DNA of 64,000 nt, from contig JANRKA010000111.1 of assembly GCA_033875325.1 (NCBI GenBank), positions 66,790-130,789 of the forward strand, read 5' to 3'. Positions 58,471-64,000 of the stretch are shown piece after piece; positions within the stretch are counted from its first letter, which is position 1, and every line of letters begins with the position of its first letter. This DNA is from Elusimicrobiota bacterium (lineage in GTDB: Bacteria; Elusimicrobiota; Elusimicrobia; UBA1565; UBA9628). The position numbers and the translations under genes were made by a program. The notes beneath the pieces are model-generated. The model made no database searches. It was not told where the DNA came from and was given only the letters and a program-made list of their open reading frames with translations.

Positions 58471-59774
58471 GCTTTGCGGCCGCGCAGCGCGTCCAACCGC
58501 TCTTTGAGGCGCTTCTCGTCGCCGAGTTCGGTGGGCTCGTAGAAACGCATGGGCGAGGGCATGTAGGCCTGCTCGACCCAGTGGCCGGGGAAGTCGTGGG
58601 GGTATTTGTAGCCCTGGCCGTGGCCGCGCTCTTTGGCGTCCATGTTCGGGTCGCGCAGGGGCAGCGGGACCTCGCGGGCGGGGCCGGAACGGACTTCGTC
58701 CTGGGCCTTGTTGACGGCGTTGTAGGCGGCGTTGGACTTGGGCGCGCAGGCGATGAAGGTCACGGCCTGGGCGAGCGTGATGCGGGCCTCGGGCATGCCC
58801 AACACCTCGACGGCGCGGAAGGCGGCCTCGGCCACGAGAAGAGCGCGGAAGTCGGCGTTGCCCACGTCCTCGGAGGCGGCGATGATCACACGCCGTGCGA
58901 TGAACCGCGGGTCCTCGCCTGCCTCCAGCATCTTGGCCATCCAGTAGAGCGCCGCGTCCGGGTCCGACCCGCGCATGGACTTGATGAAGGCCGAAATATG
59001 GTCGTAGTGGTCGTCGGAGCATTTGTCGTAGCGGATCTGCCGCTTCTGGATGGACTCTTCCGCCACCGACAAAGTGACGCGCCGCTCGCCCGACGCGTCG
59101 GGCGCGGTGGTCAGCGCGGCGATCTCCAAAGCGTTCAAGAGGCGACGCGCGTCGCCCCCGGACTGACGCACGAGGTGGGACTTGGCCTCCGGCGTCAACA
59201 CGAGCTTCATCTTGGCCAGGCCGCGTTCCTCGTCGGAGACGGCGCGTTCGACGATCTTGACGAGCTCTTCTTCCGGCACCGGAAGGAACTCGAAGGCCGT
59301 CACGCGAGAACGCAGGGCCGCGTTGACGTAGAAGCCGGGGTTCTCGGTGGTCATGCCGATGAGCAGGACCTCGCCGCGCTCCACCGACGGCAGGAGGGCG
59401 TCCTGCTGCGTCTTGTTGAAGTGATGTATCTCGTCGACCAACAACAGCGTCTTGCGCCCCAGGTTGGTCGACGAGAACTTGGCCTGCTCCACCGCCTTGC
59501 GGATGTCGGCCACGCCCGCCGTCACGGCGTTGAGCTCGACGACCTCGGCCCCGGCCCGTGAGGCGACGAAGCGGGCCAGCGCGGTTTTGCCGCAGCCGGG
59601 CGGGCCGTGGAAGATGGCGGAGGCGAACTTGCCGCTCTCGACGAGGCGGCGCAGGAGTTTGCCCGGGCCGAGCAAGGCCGCTTGGCCGGCGAACTCGTCG
59701 AGCGAACGCGGCGCCATGCGGGCGGCCAGGGGAAGGGCCTGCGCGCCGGCGGCGAACAGCTCGGACATCGTCAC
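58467..59774 (-). CDS. rarA: Replication-associated recombination protein A (RarA/MgsA AAA+ ATPase)
   Basis: Motifs: Walker A FHGPPGCGKTALA, LLVDEIHHFNK, and the C-terminal MgsA part YDHISAFIKSMRGSDPDAALYW. Confidence 0.9.
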   Translation of the reverse strand: MTMSELFAAGAQALPLAARMAPRSLDEFAGQAALLGPGKLLRRLVESGKFASAIFHGPPGCGKTALARFVASRAGAEVVELNAVTAGVADIRKAVEQAKFSSTNLGRKTLLLVDEIHHFNKTQQDALLPSVERGEVLLIGMTTENPGFYVNAALRSRVTAFEFLPVPEEELVKIVERAVSDEERGLAKMKLVLTPEAKSHLVRQSGGDARRLLNALEIAALTTAPDASGERRVTLSVAEESIQKRQIRYDKCSDDHYDHISAFIKSMRGSDPDAALYWMAKMLEAGEDPRFIARRVIIAASEDVGNADFRALLVAEAAFRAVEVLGMPEARITLAQAVTFIACAPKSNAAYNAVNKAQDEVRSGPAREVPLPLRDPNMDAKERGHGQGYKYPHDFPGHWVEQAYMPSPMRFYEPTELGDEKRLKERLDALRGRKA

Positions 59775-60079
59775 TCCGCCGGCGGGGCGCCGGCCTCGAG
59801 GGACTCGCGCAGGGCCCGCGAGAGGTTCTCGGCCTTGTTCTCGAGCATGTTCTGCGTCATGCGGTGCGCGGCCTTCTCCTTCTCGAGCTCGGCGGCGAAG
59901 GTCAGCGCGACGAGCAGCGCCAGCTTGGAGCTGTCGGCCACGCCTTTGTTCGTGCCCTGGACCTCGCGCAGGCGCTCGCCCACCTTGTCGGCCAAACCGT
60001 TGATCTCGAGCGGGGTGAGCCCCTCCATCTCCACGGTGAGGCGGCGCGGGCCGATCTGGACCTCGACCTTCTCGTTCAT
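59771..60079 (-). CDS. zapA: Cell division protein ZapA
   Basis: The 102-aa product contains VEVQIGPRRLTVEMEGLTPLEINGLADKVGERL and LALLVALTFAAEL. Confidence 0.85.
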   Translation of the reverse strand: MNEKVEVQIGPRRLTVEMEGLTPLEINGLADKVGERLREVQGTNKGVADSSKLALLVALTFAAELEKEKAAHRMTQNMLENKAENLSRALRESLEAGAPPAE

Positions 60080-60316
60080 CTAGGAGATCCTCTCCAGGCG
60101 CTCGGACAGGCGCGCCAGGCGCGTGCGCAGGCGCTCGTGGCGGGCCAAGGTCATGTTCGCGGCCTTGAGCTCCTCGCGCAGGCGTTTGCCCTCCACCTCG
60201 GCGCGGTGCAGCCTGGCGCGCAGGTCGCGGTTCTCGGTGCTGGCCTTGTGCAGGGCCTCGGTGACCTGCTTGACGAGCCCTTCGAGCTGCTTGAGGCTGT
60301 TGAGGGAGCCGATCAT
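60080..60316 (-). CDS. 78-aa coiled-coil protein, ZapB-like by position and composition
   Basis: Internal ATG 60316 shares 1 nt with the pheT TGA. It is heptad-rich (LKQLEGLVKQVTEALHKASTENRDLRARL). Only the last 78 codons of tracked ORF 60080-62497 look genuine. Confidence 0.55.
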   Translation of the reverse strand: MIGSLNSLKQLEGLVKQVTEALHKASTENRDLRARLHRAEVEGKRLREELKAANMTLARHERLRTRLARLSERLERIS

Positions 60317-62715
60317 CAGGACCTCAGCACGGCGCCGAGGTCCTTGCCGAGGGCGGCGACGACGGACTCCACGGACGCGGAGACCTCGGCGTCGGTGAGC
60401 GTGCGGTCCAGGCGGCCGAAGGTGAGGCGGATGGCGAGGCTGCGTTTGCCCTCGGGCACGCCTTTGCCCTCGTAGACGTCGAAGAGCAGGACGTCCTGGA
60501 GGTCGGCGAGCTTGAGGCCGGCGATGACGGCCTCCACGCGGCCGTAGGGCGTCGCGCGGTCGAGGACGAGGGCCAGGTCGCGGCGCGAGGTCGGGTAGGG
60601 CGAGATGGGCGCGAACTTCGTGCGGCCGGCCTCCTTGCCCGCCAGGAGCTCGAGGTCGGCGTCGAAGACGACCGGCGCCTCGCGCTCGAGGTCGAAGGCG
60701 CGGGCCGCGCGGGGGTGCAGCCAGCCCACGGTCGCGGCCGGCACGCCGCCGACGAGCGCGCGCGCGGCGTTGACGGGATGGAACAGCGGGTCGGAGGCCG
60801 TGACGCCGGCGGCCGCGTCGCCGAGCTTGGCCCAGGTCACGACGCCGGCGCGCGACAGGAGCTCCTCGACGCAGGCCTTGGCGTCCGGGTAGCCGGCGCG
60901 CGGCGCGCGGGCGCCCTGCCAACGCGCGTCGAGCACGGGCCCCAGCATCAGGCCGGCGACGCGCCAGCGTTCCTGCGGCTCCGCGCCTTTGAGGCCGTAG
61001 GTCTTGCCGACCTCGAACAGGCGCACGGCGTCGGCGCCGCGGTTGAGGTTGTAGGCGGCGCTTCTGAGCAGCCCGGGCAGGAGCGAGGGGCGCAGCACCG
61101 CCCAGTCCTCGGAGAGCGGGTTGGCCACGCGCGGCAGGTCGCGGCTGTCGAGGCGGCAGGCCGCCAGCGTCTTCTCGGAGAGCAGGTCGTAGTGGTAGGC
61201 CTCGGAGAGCCCGAGCGCGGCCAACGCGGCGCGCGCGCGGCGCGACTCGGCCTCGACGGGGGTGACGCGCGCGGCGCGCGCGGCGGCGGGCGCCATGCGG
61301 TAGGGCACGCCGTCGTAGCCGAGGAAGCGGCCCACTTCCTCGGCGAGGTCGTTGGGGCCGGCGAGGTCGTGGCGCCAGGAGGGGGCGGTGAAGACGAACG
61401 CGCCGCCCTCGTCTTTGAGGTCGGCGGCGATGGAGGACAGGACCCCGCGCACCGCGGTCGCGTCGAAATCGGAGCCGAGCACCTTGTTGAGCCGCTCGAC
61501 CGTGGCGCGGATGGGAGGGCGCGCGGGCTGCCGCGACTCGACGAACACGACCTTGCCGGGCTTGCCGCCGGCCAGCTCCGCGATGAGCGCCGTGGCGCGC
61601 TCGCCGGCGGCCGCCGTCGCGCCGGCGTCGGCGCCGCGCTCGAAGCGGTAGGAGGAGTCCGAGCGCAGCCGCGTGGCCTGAGAGGAGCGGCGCGCCTCGG
61701 CGGGGGCGAAATACGCGGACTCGAGGATGACGCGATGGGTCTTCTCGGTGACCGCGCTCTCTTCGCCGCCCATGACGCCGGCCAAGGCGACGGGTTTCTC
61801 GGCGTCGGCGATGACGAGAAGCCCGGCGGGCAGGGCGTAGGATTTGTGGTCGAGGGCCAACAAGGTCTCGCCGGCTTTGGACCGACGAACGACCAGCTTT
61901 CCGCCGGCGAGACGATCGGCGTCGAAAGCATGCAGCGGCTGGCCGCAGTCGTGCAGGATGAAGTTGGTGGCGTCCACGACGTTGTTGACCGGTCGCAGGC
62001 CGATGGACTCGAGGCGGCGCTTGAGCCAGTCCGGGGACGGGCCGACTTTGACGCCGTCGATGACGCGGGCGCCGTAGAGCGGGCAGGCGGCGGGGTCTTC
62101 TACCGTGACGGACGCGGTCACGGAGTGGAGCTCCTTGACGGCGGACGCGAGCGGCTTGAGCGGGCGCTTGAAGTAGGCCGCGAGCTCGCGGGCCAGGCCG
62201 CGGTGGGACAGGCAGTCCGGGCGGTTGGAGGTGACCTCGACCTCGAGCACGTCGTCGGCGGGGCCGAGCAGCGCGCCGACGTCGGAGCCGAGCGCGGGGC
62301 CTTCGCCGAGCACCCAGATGCCGTCGTTGTCCTTGGGCAGGCCCAGCTCCGCGCGCGAGCAGATCATGCCCTGGCTCTCCACGCCGCGCAGCTTGCGCCC
62401 CTCGATCTTGAAGTCGCCCGGCAGCACGGCGCCGATGCGCGCGAACGCGATGGTCTGCCCCGCGTCCACGTTGGGCGCGCCGCACACCACGCTCCACTTC
62501 TTCGCGCCGTCGTCCACGACGCAGACGGCGAGTTTGTCGGCGTTGGGGTGTTTGTCCTTGGACAGCACCTTGCCCACGACCACGCCGGAGAACGCGGCGC
62601 CGAGGCGCTCGATCCCCGCGACCTCGAAGCCCAGGCTCAGGAGGTGGTCCGCCAGGTCCTTGGCGGAGAGCTCCAGGTCGATGTGCGTCTTGAGCCAGTT
62701 ATACGAGATCTTCAT
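60316..62715 (-). CDS. pheT: Phenylalanine--tRNA ligase beta subunit
   Basis: MKISYNWLKTHIDLEL with a tRNA-binding domain, followed by B3/4, B5 and FDX-ACB regions. 799 aa. Confidence 0.95.
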   Translation of the reverse strand: MKISYNWLKTHIDLELSAKDLADHLLSLGFEVAGIERLGAAFSGVVVGKVLSKDKHPNADKLAVCVVDDGAKKWSVVCGAPNVDAGQTIAFARIGAVLPGDFKIEGRKLRGVESQGMICSRAELGLPKDNDGIWVLGEGPALGSDVGALLGPADDVLEVEVTSNRPDCLSHRGLARELAAYFKRPLKPLASAVKELHSVTASVTVEDPAACPLYGARVIDGVKVGPSPDWLKRRLESIGLRPVNNVVDATNFILHDCGQPLHAFDADRLAGGKLVVRRSKAGETLLALDHKSYALPAGLLVIADAEKPVALAGVMGGEESAVTEKTHRVILESAYFAPAEARRSSQATRLRSDSSYRFERGADAGATAAAGERATALIAELAGGKPGKVVFVESRQPARPPIRATVERLNKVLGSDFDATAVRGVLSSIAADLKDEGGAFVFTAPSWRHDLAGPNDLAEEVGRFLGYDGVPYRMAPAAARAARVTPVEAESRRARAALAALGLSEAYHYDLLSEKTLAACRLDSRDLPRVANPLSEDWAVLRPSLLPGLLRSAAYNLNRGADAVRLFEVGKTYGLKGAEPQERWRVAGLMLGPVLDARWQGARAPRAGYPDAKACVEELLSRAGVVTWAKLGDAAAGVTASDPLFHPVNAARALVGGVPAATVGWLHPRAARAFDLEREAPVVFDADLELLAGKEAGRTKFAPISPYPTSRRDLALVLDRATPYGRVEAVIAGLKLADLQDVLLFDVYEGKGVPEGKRSLAIRLTFGRLDRTLTDAEVSASVESVVAALGKDLGAVLRS

Positions 62716-63751
62716 CGAATTGCCGGAGGAAGCGGAGGTCGTTGGAGTAGAAGTCGCGCAGGTCGCGCACCCCGTGCAGGAGCATGGCCACGCGCTCCAC
62801 GCCGATGCCGAAAGCGAAGCCGGACCACTTCTCGGGGTCGTAGCCCACGGACGCGAACACCGCCGGGTGCACCACGCCGGCGCCGAGGATCTCGATCCAG
62901 CCGGTGTGTTTGCAGGAGGGGCAGCCCGTGCCCGGGCAGAAGAAACACTTCACGTCCACCTCGGTGGACGGCTCGGTGAAGGGGAAGAAGGAGGGGCGGA
63001 AACGCGTCTTGGTCGCCGAGCCCAGCAGTTTCTGCAGGAACAGCTGCAGGTGGCCCTTGAGGTCGGCGAACCCGATGTCATCGTCGACGACCAGCCCCTC
63101 GACCTGGTGGAAGACGGCCGAGTGCGTGGCGTCGAGCTGCTCGTGGCGGAAGACCCGGCCCGGGCAGACCACGCGCAGGGGCGGGCGCGTCGCCTCCATC
63201 GTGCGGATCTGCACGGTGGAGGTGTGGGTGCGCAGCAGCCAGGGCAGGCCCGCGAGGTAGAAGGTGTCGTGGGAGTCGCGCGCGGGGTGGTCGTCGGAGA
63301 TGTTCAGCGCGGAGAAGTTGTGCTTGTCGTCCTCGATGAACGGCCCCTCGGCCCACGAGTAGCCCAGCAGGGAGAAGATCTTCGCCATCTCGTGCAGCGT
63401 GGTCGTCAGCGGGTGCAGGCGTCCCTTGGGCGGGCGCAGCGACGGCAAAGACAGGTCGATGGCGTCTTTCTGCAGCGCGGCCGCGTCGCCCGCGTCCTCG
63501 AGCGCCGCGCGCCGCGCGCTCACCGCCGCGTCGAAGCTCTCGCGCAGCGCGTTGCCCTTGGGGCCGAGCGCCTTCTTGTCGTCGAGCGGGAGGTCCTTGA
63601 GCGCCTTGAGCAGCTCGGTGAGCTCGCCTTTGCGCCCCAGGAAACGGACGCGGACCTCCTCGAGCGTCGGGAGGTCCGCGGCGTTTTCGGCCGCCCCCTG
63701 GAGGGCGGCTTCGACCCGCGCGTAGGATTTCTCCCAGTCGGCGCGGGTCAT
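62699..63751 (-). CDS. pheS: Phenylalanine--tRNA ligase alpha subunit
   Basis: Class II motifs: LLRTHTSTVQIRTM, VVCPGRVFRHE, GFAFGIGVERVAMLL. Confidence 0.95.
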   Translation of the reverse strand: MTRADWEKSYARVEAALQGAAENAADLPTLEEVRVRFLGRKGELTELLKALKDLPLDDKKALGPKGNALRESFDAAVSARRAALEDAGDAAALQKDAIDLSLPSLRPPKGRLHPLTTTLHEMAKIFSLLGYSWAEGPFIEDDKHNFSALNISDDHPARDSHDTFYLAGLPWLLRTHTSTVQIRTMEATRPPLRVVCPGRVFRHEQLDATHSAVFHQVEGLVVDDDIGFADLKGHLQLFLQKLLGSATKTRFRPSFFPFTEPSTEVDVKCFFCPGTGCPSCKHTGWIEILGAGVVHPAVFASVGYDPEKWSGFAFGIGVERVAMLLHGVRDLRDFYSNDLRFLRQFDEDLV

Positions 63752-63761
63752 GGAGCCGTCT

Positions 63762-64000
63762 TTAGGCGCCCTGGGCGATGGAGACGAGCTTCTTGAAGGA
63801 CGCGCCGTCGCGGGCGGCCATCTCGGAGAGCATCTTGCGGTTGAGCGTGACGCCGGCCTTCTTCAGGCCGTTGATGAAGCGGCCGTAGGTCGTGTCGTTC
63901 TGTCGGCACGCGGCGTTGATGCGCTCGATCCACAGGGTGCGGAAATCGCCTTTTTTGTCCTTGCGCCCCATGTAGGAGCGGTTCAGGGACTGCTCGACCT
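63762..64000 (-). CDS. rplT: 50S ribosomal protein L20, 5' end outside the window
   Basis: KKGDFRTLWIERINAACRQ...GVTLNRKMLSEMA is L20-like. The frame stays open to the window edge, upstream of the tracked Met. Confidence 0.9.
   Translation of the reverse strand, partial: VEQSLNRSYMGRKDKKGDFRTLWIERINAACRQNDTTYGRFINGLKKAGVTLNRKMLSEMAARDGASFKKLVSIAQGA

Noticed and set aside
60317-62497. The upstream 727 codons of tracked ORF 60080-62497, and plus-strand ORF 60715-62979
   Set aside because: They overlap the unambiguous pheT frame. Only the final 78 codons (60080-60316), downstream of the pheT stop, look like a separate coiled-coil gene.
1-64000. Search for CRISPR arrays, tRNA, rRNA or other structured RNA genes, transposases, integrases, prophage or toxin-antitoxin modules
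   Set aside because: I saw no regularly spaced direct repeats and no cloverleaf-like or rRNA-like segments; intergenic space is minimal. No recombinase-like or phage-like proteins appear among the supportable ORFs. This is by-eye inspection only. tRNAscan, Infernal and ISfinder runs would be needed to be sure.

Overview
This is a very GC-rich (judged by eye, not computed) and very compact bacterial chromosome segment. I count about 58 supportable protein-coding genes. I recognise no rRNA, tRNA, CRISPR array, transposase or integrase. It falls into three blocks. (i) 1-7288, plus strand: a translationally coupled sugar-amidation and methylation operon (two AsnB-type amidotransferases, a WbpG-like PP-loop amidotransferase, two SAM methyltransferases, RidA), followed by a separately promoted hexapeptide acyltransferase. 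(ii) 7285-37752, minus strand: a roughly 30 kb co-directional glycan-assembly array of 27 genes, interrupted only by one opposite-strand lipoprotein gene. It encodes a B12/radical-SAM enzyme, several GT4 and GT2 transferases, a degenerate NeuA-like protein, a KpsF/KdsD isomerase, three extended-SDR sugar enzymes and a glycosyltransferase-Wzx fusion. It also encodes three GT-C-like membrane transferases, an O-antigen-ligase-family protein, and a carrier-protein tailoring cassette: DUF4910, adenylating ligase, cyclase/formamidase, ACP, methyltransferase, AAC(3)-like acyltransferase, a GT-B-like protein, an unplaceable 759-aa protein and a formyltransferase. (iii) 37814-64000: housekeeping and envelope genes (response regulator, tlyA, divergent folD-like, DMT, HAD, LysM/FecR, HMG-CoA-lyase-like, MATE, RluA-family, rimO, TetR-TolC-RND, SDR, metallophosphoesterase, xseBA, rarA, zapA, pheST, partial rplT). 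The best candidate for undescribed biology is the carrier-protein cassette with the orphan 759-aa protein coupled to an ArnA/FDH-type formyltransferase (7285-18122). Other notable points are the GT-Wzx fusion, a degenerate nucleotidyltransferase paired with a 3-TM protein, and a very regular promoter layout in which a -10 box, often TGn-extended, sits 6-10 nt from the start codon of 13 genes, pointing to leaderless expression. All function calls come from motif recognition by eye. No database search was run. Most long ORFs in the track are wrong-frame artefacts of the high GC content, and several true genes start far inside the tracked ORF.
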